Of a DNA stretch of 64,000 bases, positions 18,527-29,366 are shown one piece after another; position 1 is the stretch's first letter; each line of letters begins with the position of its first letter. A program made the position numbers and the translations under genes. The notes under the pieces were generated by a model. That model was not told the DNA's origin and did no database searches. It was given only the letters and a program-made list of their open reading frames with translations. The DNA is taken from the IMG/VR virus record IMGVR_UViG_3300037840_000382, positions 3,025-67,024 of that record, one strand, 5' to 3'. Source of the stretch: a virus (lineage: Duplodnaviria > Caudoviricetes).

Positions 18527-19480
18527 ATCTCTTTTTTTAGCGATTTGTTTGAAGGCAAGACCTCGAATCTCGGCAATGATATCAGCGGCATGTTCCGGCC
18601 AAACGAGCTGGCGCAGACGCTGGAAGGAACCGCAGCGGTCGCGGCGCCTTTTGCGCTTGCTGCCTTGCCTGGGTTGGCCGCTGGGGCGGGTAGTGCGCTT
18701 GGTTTTGGCGGAGCCGAAGCTGCTGGTGGTGCGTTGCCCTTCGCGGCGGAGGGGGGAGCTGCGGCTGGTGATGCCGGTGGCGCGATTACTGATCTGATCG
18801 GGAGTGGTGGGGGTGGAGGCAACGTGCTTTCTTTTGCCGACGCTGCGTCGGGCGATGTGCCGCTGCCAATTCCTCGCCCCGGTACGCCCGGTCTCGATCT
18901 TGGCGCCGCGACGGGTGGGGGCGATAGCTTCATCAGCAAGCTGATCGGTGGTGTCGAGGGGATTCCTGGCGCGGTCGGTAATCAGATTCTCAAGAACCCG
19001 CTGGGCGTCGCTGCCGGTACCGGCGGGCTCATCTATAATATGATGCAAGGGCAGAAGAAACTGCCCGAGCAGAATCAGCTCCAGGGGCAGGCGAACCAGC
19101 TTAGCGCTCAGGGGCAGCAGTTTATGAGTTACCTGCAGACCGGCACCTTGCCGGCGGGGTTGCAGGCGGCGGTCGATCGCGCGACCCAGGCTGCCAAGGC
19201 GCAGATTATCGCCAACGCGGCGCGCAACGGGCTCTCGACCGATCCGACACAGAACAGCGCGCTGGCGCAGGACTTGGCGTCGGCTGACCGCAACGCGCTG
19301 ATCGCGGTGGCGCAGGAGGGCGAGCAGTTGTTCCAGGCTGGTGCGAACGAGGTGCAGTTATCGAGCCAGATACTCGATAAACTAATGCAGATTGACCAGC
19401 AGCAGACTGCGAGCATGGGTAAGGCCATCGCTAACTTCGCGGGCGCGCTGTCGGGGCCGATGACGAGGATGGCGGCGTGA
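18527..19480 (+). CDS. putative DNA ejection / internal virion protein (possible ATC start)
   Basis: Gly/Ala-rich then Gln-rich; AGGAGG lies 5 nt before in-frame ATC, giving (M)SFFSDLF. Confidence 0.7.
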   Translation: MSFFSDLFEGKTSNLGNDISGMFRPNELAQTLEGTAAVAAPFALAALPGLAAGAGSALGFGGAEAAGGALPFAAEGGAAAGDAGGAITDLIGSGGGGGNVLSFADAASGDVPLPIPRPGTPGLDLGAATGGGDSFISKLIGGVEGIPGAVGNQILKNPLGVAAGTGGLIYNMMQGQKKLPEQNQLQGQANQLSAQGQQFMSYLQTGTLPAGLQAAVDRATQAAKAQIIANAARNGLSTDPTQNSALAQDLASADRNALIAVAQEGEQLFQAGANEVQLSSQILDKLMQIDQQQTASMGKAIANFAGALSGPMTRMAA

Positions 19481-19481
19481 A

Positions 19482-22400
19482 ATGACTGATTCTGCCTTTG
19501 TTGGCAACGACCTTTTGGATGGCAAGCAGCCGCAAAACATGACGGGTGCGCGCATCCCGCTTGGTGGTACGGGCGGAGCTTTACCAGTTTCTGACGACGA
19601 CGGTTTGCCGCCGGGATTGAAGGAAGATTACACGCAGGCTCAGCGCGGCACGTTCAAGCACTTGCTCGACGTGGATGCGCAGACCGAGGCGCGCATGGAA
19701 CGTGATCGCGCGCGGATCGAGCATCAGTACGAAGCGGAGGGTGTTGGGCCCGGCGAGTTTCAGAAGTGGGACGCGGGCGCTGAGAGCAAGAAGTACCAGA
19801 CCGATCCGATTCAGGCGTTCGGCTCGCTTGGCAGCGTGTTCGGGATGCTCGCGAGCGCGTTCACGCGCGCCCCGATGGAGAATGCCCTTAACGCCTCGGC
19901 TGCCGCTATGAACGCGGTCAGGGCCGGCGATGAGGAGGCGTACAACCGCGCTCATGACGCGTGGAAGGAGAACACCGACCTCACTTTCAAGCGCCATCAG
20001 CTTGAGCACGAGCGCTTGGGCGATGCGTTGCGTCTGATGGACACGGATATGGCGGCGGGTGCGGCAAAAGCGCGCATGGTGGCAGCTCAGTTCGGGATGA
20101 GCAAGGAGATGGTGCTCATCGAGCACGGCATGTTCCCTGAGCTGTACGAGGCGATGGAGAAGCGCGCCGACGCGATCAACAAGACCGGGCAGGCCGTGCA
20201 GGAGATAACGGGCCGCGGGCTACAAAAACTGGTGTTCGAGCGCGATGCCAAGACGATTGAGGAGCATATCCAAGATCCGACTCAAAAGGGGCAGGCGTTG
20301 CTCGACGCGTTCAATAACGCGTTTTTTCTCCACATGAAGCCGGGCGACCCGCGCGCGCAGGCGCTGGGCCAGTTCGCGGCTGAAACCATCAAGGGCAAGG
20401 GGCGATTGCCGACGGCCGATGAGCTGATCGCCAAGAACAAGGAGATCACCGAGGCGCTGACGCGGCCGTATCTTGGTGGAGCGGGCAGCGGGGGCAATGT
20501 CAACCTCACCGACGAGCGCCAGCGCGCTGACGCGGTACGCAAGATCATGGAGGAGAAACGCCAGAGCGGTGAGCTGGAAGGCAAGAGCCAGGAGGACATC
20601 GCCCGCATTCGTGAAGACGTGTCGCGGCAGCTTAAGACTGAGGGTGCGGCAATATCGGGCAAGACCAAGGACGATCTCGCGGGACAGATCGAGCGACTCC
20701 AGTTGTCGGATCAAACGATTGATAAGGTCGAGGCGCTGCTCAAGAAGCACAACGCGCTTGTGGGCCTCGGCGGGCGGATCACGCGTCCTGCGGAAGTGGT
20801 GGGCAACGTGTTCGGGTCGAACGCGACCGATCGGGCGCAGTTCGCGAGCTACATTTCCGAGTTGCGCGAGTGGGGTCCACGGCTTCTCAACGAATCGAAA
20901 GGACGCCCGCTGGCGGCCGAAGAAGCCGAAATCGCACGGATCATCCCTGGTCTCAGCGCTGGCGACACCACAGCGAACACCGCCAAGCGCCTCCTGCGCC
21001 TTCAGGAACTGTTTAGGACGATGCGCGAGCAATCAACGCGTCGCTATGAGGGCGTGTTCGATCCTCGCGACGCGGGCGCTCCTCGTGCTCCACGTGAAAC
21101 AGTTCCTGCTGGCGGGACTGGCGACGAGAAGATGCCGTGGGACGCGGCACCCATCAAGACGCCGGCGGATAAGAGGTCTTCCAACGAGTCTCCTTTTGGT
21201 AAAATCGCGTCGTTTTTCAATCCAGTAGGGACGGCTCAGGCGGAGGAGCTTCCTCCCGCCCAGTCAGAACGTGCCGGCGAGGCAGGCGGGTTCTTTTCGC
21301 AACCCATTTCCTCGCAGAATGCGGAGGTGCGCGCCTACGAGCCGACGTGGCGTGACCGGCTTGCCAACTTCTTGCTCCCCGACAAGGCGTCCTATCACAC
21401 GCGTCAGATGGCGCGCGAGACGATTGGGTCGTCCGGCATTGGTACGACTGGTGTCGGCGGCAGCGGCATCTCGGCGCTCGATCTCACGCCCGTGGGCGCG
21501 GCTCTGAGCGCCCAGGAATCTATTCAGGCAGACAATCCGTCGGAGGCAGGCGCCCACGCTATGTCGGCGGCCATACCGGTCGGTGGCGCCGCGGTGCGGG
21601 CCGGGATGCCGCTTGCTCGCCCGATGGTGCGGCAGCTCATGACGACGTTGCTCGGCGCTGGTGCGGGGGCGGGCACGACGCTTGCGGCATCGAGGGCCGA
21701 GGCGGGCGACGAAGGGCTGACGGCGGAGCAGAAGGAAATTTTGCGCCGGAGTCCGCGCGCCGATCGGCCGGCTTTGCTCCAGTCGTTCGCCAAGGAAGCG
21801 GGCGAGCGTCGCGCCCAGACCGAGAAGGAAACGCGCGAGCGTCAAGTCGAGCAAGAGAGGGAGGGGCGCGAGAAGGAAGAACGTGCTAAGCACGACGAGG
21901 AGGCCAGGACCAAGCTCGAGGCCGAGGTTTCGAGTCTGCCGGAGGACGAGCGTGCTCTTTACCGTGGTTTTAATGCTGAGCAGCGTACTAAGTTTTGGGC
22001 TGACAAGGCTGAGCGCAAGCACCAGGCCGATGAGAAGGAAGCGGCGGAATACAAGGCGCGCACCGCGGCCTTCCGCGACCGTTATCCCGTTCTCAACTCT
22101 ATGCTCCCGTGGATTGGGACCTCGCTCTCTGCAGCGATCCCCTACGCCGTGAAGCTGCGGCAGGCGTCCGCTGCCAACAAGTACATAAAAAAGTGGGAAG
22201 AGACTGCTGAAAAAGCCGAAAAGGCGCTAGCAGCTGGTGACAAGACCGCGGCGACGCCTCTCGTCAACACGCTCAAGGAGTACAACAAGGAGCACGCTGA
22301 GATTCTCAAGACCCTGGCTGACAAGGGGCATAGCCCGGTGACCATCGCGGCGGCTGCCACGTTGCCATTCGACGCTTCCTTTGTGGTTCCCAATGCTTAT

Positions 22401-22730
22401 GATGCGACGGTGCTGCCGCGCGGCGCCGAGGCTCAGAAGCAGGGTTGGGAGAACCTGACCAACCCGTCGGAATACGGCAGCCGCCTGCCGTCAAGCATCC
22501 TGGAGGGCCTGCCGCCGGCAGTCACCTCGACCAAGATACCAGTGCCGGGGCGCACGGTGCCGCCCACCGCACGTTCCAAGGGGCTTGTCGCGTCCGCTCG
22601 CACGCCCCGCAAGAGAGCCGCTTCGCCGAAGCAAACGCTACCCGAGCTGGTGAGGGATGAGGACGAGGAGCTTCCTCCCGGCTTGAAGCCGAAGCGCAAG
22701 CGCGCCTCGCGGACTGCCAGCGATGAGTGA
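19482..22730 (+). CDS. large internal virion / ejection protein
   Basis: 1082 aa, helical, Ala/Glu/Arg-rich; synteny. Confidence 0.7.
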   Translation: MTDSAFVGNDLLDGKQPQNMTGARIPLGGTGGALPVSDDDGLPPGLKEDYTQAQRGTFKHLLDVDAQTEARMERDRARIEHQYEAEGVGPGEFQKWDAGAESKKYQTDPIQAFGSLGSVFGMLASAFTRAPMENALNASAAAMNAVRAGDEEAYNRAHDAWKENTDLTFKRHQLEHERLGDALRLMDTDMAAGAAKARMVAAQFGMSKEMVLIEHGMFPELYEAMEKRADAINKTGQAVQEITGRGLQKLVFERDAKTIEEHIQDPTQKGQALLDAFNNAFFLHMKPGDPRAQALGQFAAETIKGKGRLPTADELIAKNKEITEALTRPYLGGAGSGGNVNLTDERQRADAVRKIMEEKRQSGELEGKSQEDIARIREDVSRQLKTEGAAISGKTKDDLAGQIERLQLSDQTIDKVEALLKKHNALVGLGGRITRPAEVVGNVFGSNATDRAQFASYISELREWGPRLLNESKGRPLAAEEAEIARIIPGLSAGDTTANTAKRLLRLQELFRTMREQSTRRYEGVFDPRDAGAPRAPRETVPAGGTGDEKMPWDAAPIKTPADKRSSNESPFGKIASFFNPVGTAQAEELPPAQSERAGEAGGFFSQPISSQNAEVRAYEPTWRDRLANFLLPDKASYHTRQMARETIGSSGIGTTGVGGSGISALDLTPVGAALSAQESIQADNPSEAGAHAMSAAIPVGGAAVRAGMPLARPMVRQLMTTLLGAGAGAGTTLAASRAEAGDEGLTAEQKEILRRSPRADRPALLQSFAKEAGERRAQTEKETRERQVEQEREGREKEERAKHDEEARTKLEAEVSSLPEDERALYRGFNAEQRTKFWADKAERKHQADEKEAAEYKARTAAFRDRYPVLNSMLPWIGTSLSAAIPYAVKLRQASAANKYIKKWEETAEKAEKALAAGDKTAATPLVNTLKEYNKEHAEILKTLADKGHSPVTIAAAATLPFDASFVVPNAYDATVLPRGAEAQKQGWENLTNPSEYGSRLPSSILEGLPPAVTSTKIPVPGRTVPPTARSKGLVASARTPRKRAASPKQTLPELVRDEDEELPPGLKPKRKRASRTASDE

Positions 22731-25700
22731 CGCGTATTCCTCGCAGCTCGATGCCGAGCGCTCTCTTCTCAAGGAGCGCGGGCTTGCGGCCGAGCCCCGC
22801 GCACCGATGCGGGACCGGCCCGATATTGCCTACAAGGCGCCGCCTCCGAAAGTAACGTCCCAGCAGGAGTACGACGCTCTTTCTCCTGGTACCGACTTCC
22901 TTGATCCGCAGGGCAATACCCGAACTAAGCCGTGGTCGGTCGCGGATGAAGATTCTTACGAAGCAGTGCCCGAGGGCGCCGACTTCCTTGACCCACGCGG
23001 CAATTTGCGCACCAAGCCGCGCTATGAGAGCGTGGATTTCACGACTCATTCACTGTTCAACATGGCGGTCAACGAGCGGGAACAGCGTCGCGCTTTGGAG
23101 CACGGTTATCCCGGCGCTGAGATCAGGAACGATCCGAAGGGCCTCTATGTCCAGGAGCGAGATGGTACGCGCCGGCGTCCTAGGGGACCGTCGGAGGAGC
23201 ACAAGTCACTCGCTGAGAACTGGAAGGCAGCCGGCGCAGCAGCGGTGGGCGGTGCTTTTCCGACCGTGGGCGCGGTTGCGGGCGAGATCGGCGGCGGTCT
23301 CGTGAGCGGCCTGCCGGGAGCGGTCGGTGGCGCGGCAGTGGGCGGCGCGGTGGGCCAGGGGTTTAACGACGCGATCATGGCGCTCGCGGGGGTCTACGAT
23401 CGTTCCGCGGGCGAGGAGGCAATGGAGCTGGGCACTTCGGGCGTGATGGCGGGCGCCGGGACTGCGGTGGGGCGCGGTGTTGCTTCCGTGTTGCCCCGGA
23501 TGCGTGGCGCCAAGTTGGGACTGCCTGGCGCGGTGGCACAATTTATTGGTGCCGACCCCGAAGGATTGAATATGGCGGTTGGGCTCGCCGATAAGGGCGT
23601 GTTGGTGCCGCCGTCAGGATGGGCCAAAGAGGCGCCGCACATCCAGAACGTGGTTGAGGTGTTCGACCCGGCACTTCACACGCAAAAGCCGCTTTTACAG
23701 TCCGCGGAGGAACATTACGAGCGCTCCAAGCGTGGTATCTTGGGCGAGCTGGGCGTGCCGGAGCACGAGGTAGCGGGCCCGACCGAGGCGGTGTCCACGG
23801 AGCGTGCTGGCACGGCGATTCTCGTTCGCGCGCAGGCGGTTGCTGCCGAGCAGGATGCGCGTCTCGCGGCGGAGCATGCGGCGAGGCGGGAGGGCGAGGT
23901 AGGCGCTGCGCTCGGCAGGGCTGTGGGTCAGGCGGGCGAGCACAGCGCGCGCGTTGAGGGGTTGCGACAAGCCGAGGTCGCGGCACGAAAAGCCGCCGAG
24001 AATCTGATCGACGTCGGGTTTCGGGACATCCAGCAGGATATCGACGGTGCCGTCAAGGTGTCCAAGGCAGGGGGCAACTCCGGTGATTTGTGGCAGATGG
24101 TGGGCGAGAAGCTCAAGGCGGTAAAGCAAGGTATCCAGGCACGTGCGCGCAAGATGTACAACGAGGCTGATGCGCTTGCGGGTGGGCACTTGCCCGACAT
24201 GGCGGGGCTCCCTGAGCGCGCCGCACAGTTCCTGGCCGAGCTGCCGGAAGGGTTCGAGAACCGCTACCCCTCGATCGTCAAGCAGATTCGCGACCTCGCG
24301 GGCGTCCAGAAGCTAGATGAGCATGGCGTGCCGACCGGCGAGTGGGAGAAGGAGCCCGCGACGCCTACGTTTGGGCAGCTGCACAATCTGCGCTCTGTGC
24401 TGCGTGCCAACTACAATCATCTCGATCTCACGCCCGACGTGAAGCAGGGCACCTTCAAGTTCTTTGCCAACCGGGTGGATGAGATTCTCAACGATCCCGG
24501 CGCGGTGCCGGAGTTGCAGGAGGCGGCGCGCGCGCTGCGGGCAGCGGATGATTTCTACCGCGATGCCATCAGGCCGCTGACCGACAAGCATATCCAGGCG
24601 GTGGTAAGCGGGCTTGAGTCAGGCATGCCGGCCGATCCCAAGAACCTGTTCGACACGCTCGTCAGGGAGGGACGCTCGGACCTCACCAGGACGGTTGCGC
24701 GTCTGGTGGGTCCCAACCTGTGGGCGGGCGTCAAGGCGGCCGACGTACAAGCCATGTTGAACGCTAGTAAGACTCTAGTTCCAGACCAGATCGACGGTCG
24801 CGCCTTTGCTCGACAGGTGTTGGAGCGGCATCGTAATGCTTCCGGTGATATGCTGGAGGCGGTACACGGGCGCGAGGCGTCGGCGAAGCTCATCGAGCAG
24901 GCGCGGCGCATCGAGATGCTGGGCGGGCGCCTGGAGATACCGGTGCGGCCGGGTGACACCGTGACCGAGATAATCGCCCGTGCGCGGGCGGCGGGTGACG
25001 CCGCCAAGGCGGTCGCCAAGCAGGACCCTTTGGGGACGCTCAAGCGCGAGATGGGTGGGATCGAGGCGGCAGCGAAGAAGGAGTCGGCCGAGTTGCGCGC
25101 CAAGCGGCTGGCCGGTCCGTTCGGGTTCCTGCTCAAACTCACGACGGGCGCCGCTGAGGCGGTTGATCGCATCCTCGGTTCGGAAGATTTGATCCTCGCC
25201 GCCGCCGCGCGGTTCGGCGAGGACTCACCTGAGTTCGAGATGCTCCGACAGGTGTATGCGCAGCGCATCCTCCAGGGGACGCTTGAACCCGGTGCCCGGC
25301 TCGCTAAGATATCGCCCGAGGTGCAGCGGGTCATGTTCCCCGGCGTGACGCTCGACCAGATGCAGCAGCTCGCCAGGGAGATGGATTTCCTGATGTCAAC
25401 CAGGGGCACGCAGGGCACCGCCAAGTCGATGGCAGCAGTGTCCAAGGTGGAGCATCCGTGGGCATCGATCCTGGGGCGCGGCGGCGCAATTGCGCAGTTG
25501 TTGACAGCGCCCACCAAGGTTGTCCCTGGCGCAGATGCAGTCGGGCGCGCGATGCTCGGCGGCTATTACGGTTTCGTGCGCAAGTTCGCGACATCGCCCG
25601 CTTTCTTGCGCTGGGTGCAGAAAGGACTGGATGGTGATCCCGCGGCACGCGAGATAGTGCGCCAACAAGTGCAAAAGGCGCTCCAGCGCGGCGGCGCTGT

Positions 25701-25764
25701 TGGGGCGGGGGTGGGCGAGGGGCTAGAGCAGGCGCAGGAACCCGCGTTGGAGGGAATCGAGTAA
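22723..25764 (+). CDS. large internal virion / ejection protein
   Basis: 1013 aa; N-terminal tandem YxxxxxGxDFLDPxGNxRTKP repeat; GGAAVGG membrane-type stretch. Confidence 0.7.
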   Translation: MSDAYSSQLDAERSLLKERGLAAEPRAPMRDRPDIAYKAPPPKVTSQQEYDALSPGTDFLDPQGNTRTKPWSVADEDSYEAVPEGADFLDPRGNLRTKPRYESVDFTTHSLFNMAVNEREQRRALEHGYPGAEIRNDPKGLYVQERDGTRRRPRGPSEEHKSLAENWKAAGAAAVGGAFPTVGAVAGEIGGGLVSGLPGAVGGAAVGGAVGQGFNDAIMALAGVYDRSAGEEAMELGTSGVMAGAGTAVGRGVASVLPRMRGAKLGLPGAVAQFIGADPEGLNMAVGLADKGVLVPPSGWAKEAPHIQNVVEVFDPALHTQKPLLQSAEEHYERSKRGILGELGVPEHEVAGPTEAVSTERAGTAILVRAQAVAAEQDARLAAEHAARREGEVGAALGRAVGQAGEHSARVEGLRQAEVAARKAAENLIDVGFRDIQQDIDGAVKVSKAGGNSGDLWQMVGEKLKAVKQGIQARARKMYNEADALAGGHLPDMAGLPERAAQFLAELPEGFENRYPSIVKQIRDLAGVQKLDEHGVPTGEWEKEPATPTFGQLHNLRSVLRANYNHLDLTPDVKQGTFKFFANRVDEILNDPGAVPELQEAARALRAADDFYRDAIRPLTDKHIQAVVSGLESGMPADPKNLFDTLVREGRSDLTRTVARLVGPNLWAGVKAADVQAMLNASKTLVPDQIDGRAFARQVLERHRNASGDMLEAVHGREASAKLIEQARRIEMLGGRLEIPVRPGDTVTEIIARARAAGDAAKAVAKQDPLGTLKREMGGIEAAAKKESAELRAKRLAGPFGFLLKLTTGAAEAVDRILGSEDLILAAAARFGEDSPEFEMLRQVYAQRILQGTLEPGARLAKISPEVQRVMFPGVTLDQMQQLAREMDFLMSTRGTQGTAKSMAAVSKVEHPWASILGRGGAIAQLLTAPTKVVPGADAVGRAMLGGYYGFVRKFATSPAFLRWVQKGLDGDPAAREIVRQQVQKALQRGGAVGAGVGEGLEQAQEPALEGIE

Positions 25765-25765
25765 A

Positions 25766-25912
25766 ATGACCAGAGAACAAGCGATCAAGATAGTGTGTGA
25801 CGGCGTGGCTTCCAAATGGTCGCGCCTTCGTGCAGCAGAATTTGTAGATACACTAGTAAATTTAGGCGTTTTGCGACTTGATGCCGATCAGAAATTGGAG
25901 TCGCCTAAGTGA
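25766..25912 (+). CDS. small hypothetical protein
   Basis: Manual translation; GTGA overlap with the next gene. Confidence 0.45.
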   Translation: MTREQAIKIVCDGVASKWSRLRAAEFVDTLVNLGVLRLDADQKLESPK

Positions 25913-26154
25913 GCATAGACGACGATATCAGCACCCTTGCCGCCCACGTCGCGACCGAGGCGGTCAAGTCGGGCAAGGGCGCCCCTCGCTTTGGCGAGAA
26001 GGTGGATGCGCTCAAGACTTTGGCGGCGTATCTTGCTATAGTGAGCAAGAACCGCAGCAAGACGCCCGAGCGGGACGACACGCCGACCTTCGAGGACTTC
26101 GCGGCGCAGGTGGAGGAAGTGGGTAATGGCCGAGCGAAAGTTCGAGATAGTTGA
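25909..26154 (+). CDS. hypothetical protein
   Basis: Coupled ORF. Confidence 0.6.
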   Translation: MSIDDDISTLAAHVATEAVKSGKGAPRFGEKVDALKTLAAYLAIVSKNRSKTPERDDTPTFEDFAAQVEEVGNGRAKVRDS

Positions 26155-26380
26155 AGAGGGTGACGCCGAGCCGGCGGCCGTCGCCGGCGTGATGCTGGCG
26201 CTGCGCGCCCTCTCTCAGCGCGCTCTCGTGGCTGCTGCCGACCTTTTTTGTTTATTCACTGTGTTCGGCGCGTGGTGGCTGTGGTGGTCGGTGCCCGATC
26301 CGAATGCCTACCAGATCATCTCGCTTTCGATTTACGCGCTGTTCGTGCTTGCGGCCAACTGGATTGTGAGAAAGCGATGA
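26126..26380 (+). CDS. two-TM membrane protein
   Basis: Two hydrophobic helices; GGAGG RBS. Confidence 0.65.
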   Translation: MAERKFEIVEEGDAEPAAVAGVMLALRALSQRALVAAADLFCLFTVFGAWWLWWSVPDPNAYQIISLSIYALFVLAANWIVRKR

Positions 26381-26607
26381 TGTGGCGCGCGTTTATCGCG
26401 ATATTGCTGTTACTGCCCGCGGGAGTCTTGGCGCAAGAGCGCAATGTTACGTGGACCATAACGCTTTCTGAAGCCAACCAGATCATAAAAAAACTCGGCG
26501 AGGCGCCGTGGAACGAGGTCAACCCCTTATTGCAAAAACTGATCTCGCAGGCGAATACCCAACTCATTCCTCCAACAAAGTCGAGCGAGGAAAAAGAGGA
26601 AAAATAG
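26377..26607 (+). CDS. signal-peptide protein resembling small fibre-associated chaperones
   Basis: MMWRAFIAILLLLPAGVLA|QE; LGEAPWNEVNPLLQKL motif; ATGA overlap. Confidence 0.65.
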   Translation: MMWRAFIAILLLLPAGVLAQERNVTWTITLSEANQIIKKLGEAPWNEVNPLLQKLISQANTQLIPPTKSSEEKEEK

Positions 26608-26609
26608 CT

Positions 26610-27962
26610 ATGCTCCGCAAACTCGGGCTTGCCATCGCCCTGCTTTTACTAAGTTATGTCGAGGGGTCGGCGCAAGCTATTGTGCGTCTGTGTGTGACGC
26701 TAGGGGTTAATAACTGCCCCCCTGTCTCGGCGTCTAACCCTTTGCCTGTCACCGCCACGGTTAGCGCCACAGTGGGCGGCTTCGCGCCAGGAGGTGCTTA
26801 CGCAACGCTGACCGCCACCGGATCTTCGGCGACGGCCGCGCTGCCGGCCGGGATTGTTGTTGTCGCCTACAATACCGGGACGACAGCCGTTTCTTGCACG
26901 CTCGGTGTGACGGCGGTTGCCAACGAAGACCAGATAGCGCCAGGAGGGTTTTTTTCCTACACGGTCGGGGCCAACACCAATATCGCTTGTATCGACCAGA
27001 CGGGGACGGTTTCTAACCTCGTGGTTCTTTCGGGCGGAACGGGACTCGCTACGGGTTCCGGCGGTGGTGGCGGAGGCGGCGGAGGATCGTCAGCGATAAC
27101 GACCTGGGCTGGCGGCACCCTCGGCGCGATGGCGAATTACGGCACGTCGCCGGGGGCGGTTCTTGTGCCGGGCGTCAATGCTTTTATAACAAATACGCCT
27201 ACCGTTACCGCAAATGCTGGGACCAATCTTAATACCTCGACGCTCGCGACCTCTGCCAACCAGACGAACGCTTCGCAAAAATCCCAGGTTGTAGACGGCG
27301 CGGGCAACGTGATTGCATCGACATCGAACGCGCTCAATGTCGATGTCACGAATGTGAACGTTAATGGTCAAGCGACGATGGCGAATTCGTCGCCAGTTGT
27401 AGTTGCGAGTAATCAATCTAATATTCCAGTTAATGTTGCAGCTTTTGGTGGTACTGCAACTACGACAGGTCAAGTTGCAGTAAACACTGCTCCGGTTACG
27501 GCAACTAATACGGCGCTTGTGGTCGATCTCCGGCCGGATAGTCCAGGCATTATCACGCTTGGTCCTGCTGCTGCGGCGAACGCCGTTCCATTTGTTGGCC
27601 CTGCTCCGTCATCCTCGACATTGGTCGGTATCACGCCGATCGTGGGCGGTTCAGCGGTATCAAGTCTCGTTTTAAAGGCCAGCGCCGGCAATCTTTATAG
27701 TGTCTATGCTGAATGTTCGGCGGCATGCTGGTTGATGGTTTTCAACTCGACTTCGGCGCCGAGCAATGGATCAACTACGGCAGGCGTTGCGTCCGGCAAT
27801 ATGGTCGAGTGTATTCCGATCTCAGCCGGCGGTTTTGGATCGATTACTTATGCTAGCGCACCTGCTGTTTATTCGGTAGGGATTACTGCGGCGATTTCTT
27901 CCACGACTTGCGCGACGTTGACGCTTGCGACCACGGGCTTCATTCATGGCATGGTGATGTGA
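26610..27962 (+). CDS. Ala/Thr/Ser/Gly-rich fibre-like protein with signal peptide
   Basis: MLRKLGLAIALLLLSYVEGSA|QA; SASNPLPV and NSSPVVVASNQ fibre motifs; paired Cys. Confidence 0.75.
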   Translation: MLRKLGLAIALLLLSYVEGSAQAIVRLCVTLGVNNCPPVSASNPLPVTATVSATVGGFAPGGAYATLTATGSSATAALPAGIVVVAYNTGTTAVSCTLGVTAVANEDQIAPGGFFSYTVGANTNIACIDQTGTVSNLVVLSGGTGLATGSGGGGGGGGGSSAITTWAGGTLGAMANYGTSPGAVLVPGVNAFITNTPTVTANAGTNLNTSTLATSANQTNASQKSQVVDGAGNVIASTSNALNVDVTNVNVNGQATMANSSPVVVASNQSNIPVNVAAFGGTATTTGQVAVNTAPVTATNTALVVDLRPDSPGIITLGPAAAANAVPFVGPAPSSSTLVGITPIVGGSAVSSLVLKASAGNLYSVYAECSAACWLMVFNSTSAPSNGSTTAGVASGNMVECIPISAGGFGSITYASAPAVYSVGITAAISSTTCATLTLATTGFIHGMVM

Positions 27963-29362
27963 TGCGACGGATCGCTGGTGTTCTTTTTGGCCTACTTTTC
28001 GCGTTGTCGCCTGCCTACCCGCAGACTATAACGGCTTCGGCGCAGACAATGATTGTCGTCAATACGACGCCTGTTACGGGCGGGTCAAACGGCCAATGCC
28101 TCACGATCAGTAGCGGTACTGTGGGCTCAGGCGCATGTGGCAGTGGCGGCGGTCTCACTGTCGGAACCAGCACGATCACGAGCGGGACGACGACGCGCAT
28201 TCTCTATGATAATGCGGGAGTGCTTGGAGAATATACGCTGACCGGCAGTGGTACGGTCGCGGTGATGCAGACCTCGCCAGCGCTTGTTACGCCTGCGCTC
28301 GGGGTTGCGACCGCGACATCGGTTGCCATCGGCGGCTGTACGATAAGTACGGATGTGTTGTGTACATCAGGTACAGCAACGCTTAACGGCAAGACCATTG
28401 TCGCAGGTGGCAGTTTCGGTTTGAGTGGAAATATATCGGCGGCGGCATGGACGACAGCTGGCATTCGCTATGCCAATGTTACGGCGACGATGACAGATAC
28501 CACATCAAGCGGTACAGTTGCGAATGCTTATACAGATATTTTCGGCGGCAATACCGTTGCTGCATCGAATGCGACGACGTTCACGAATTATTATGGGGCA
28601 TATATTAAGGTTCCAGTAGCTGGAACCAATGTCACGCTTACTAAAGCTTGGGCGCTTGGCTCTGATTCGATTGCAGTGAATGGGGCTGGTTCCGCTGCGG
28701 CGCCATCGTTTGCGATGAATAATTTTGAAAATAATACTGGATGGTATGTTACCGCTGCTGGCAAGCTTGGTTTAGCTATTACGGGTGTATTGAAATATGA
28801 TTATGCGATAAGTAATTCAGGAACTCACACTTTTGCAGGGAATATTAATGTAAGTGGAAATATACTTGGTGGCAGTTACAATGCAGCAAGTGCTTCCCCG
28901 TTTATTTGGAACTCTAGAGGTATATTATCAAGTCCGGCTGCTGGAGCTATTCAATTCGGTAATGCTGATGCGGCCGCACCTGTCGCTCAAACAACGGAAG
29001 TTCAAAATGTTGTTGCTGGGACCAGCAATACGGCCGGCGCTAATTGGACATTAAAGGCATCGGCAGGAACAGGAACAGGTGCCGGTGGCGATATGTTGTT
29101 TCAGGTTGCCGCTGCCGGCACGACTGGTACATCTCAAAATGCTTTTGCGACTGCTTTCTCGGTTAGAAATACTGGTGTGATCCAGAACAATATCGTGTTT
29201 AGCGCCGCAGGAACGCCGCTTCCGACTTGCAACGGTGCCGCAGAAGGGTCTCGTGGCGCTGTTTCCGACGCTTTGACGCCAACGTTTCTAACCGCCTATG
29301 TTAGTGGCGGAACCACGCACGCCTCGGTCTACTGTGATGGAACCTCATGGAAAACGGACTGA
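27962..29362 (+). CDS. tail fibre-like protein with signal peptide
   Basis: MRRIAGVLFGLLFALSPAYP|Q; TSPALVTPALG and GSAAAPS fibre motifs; C-terminal VYCDGTSW. Confidence 0.75.
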   Translation: MRRIAGVLFGLLFALSPAYPQTITASAQTMIVVNTTPVTGGSNGQCLTISSGTVGSGACGSGGGLTVGTSTITSGTTTRILYDNAGVLGEYTLTGSGTVAVMQTSPALVTPALGVATATSVAIGGCTISTDVLCTSGTATLNGKTIVAGGSFGLSGNISAAAWTTAGIRYANVTATMTDTTSSGTVANAYTDIFGGNTVAASNATTFTNYYGAYIKVPVAGTNVTLTKAWALGSDSIAVNGAGSAAAPSFAMNNFENNTGWYVTAAGKLGLAITGVLKYDYAISNSGTHTFAGNINVSGNILGGSYNAASASPFIWNSRGILSSPAAGAIQFGNADAAAPVAQTTEVQNVVAGTSNTAGANWTLKASAGTGTGAGGDMLFQVAAAGTTGTSQNAFATAFSVRNTGVIQNNIVFSAAGTPLPTCNGAAEGSRGAVSDALTPTFLTAYVSGGTTHASVYCDGTSWKTD

Positions 29363-29366
29363 TCAC

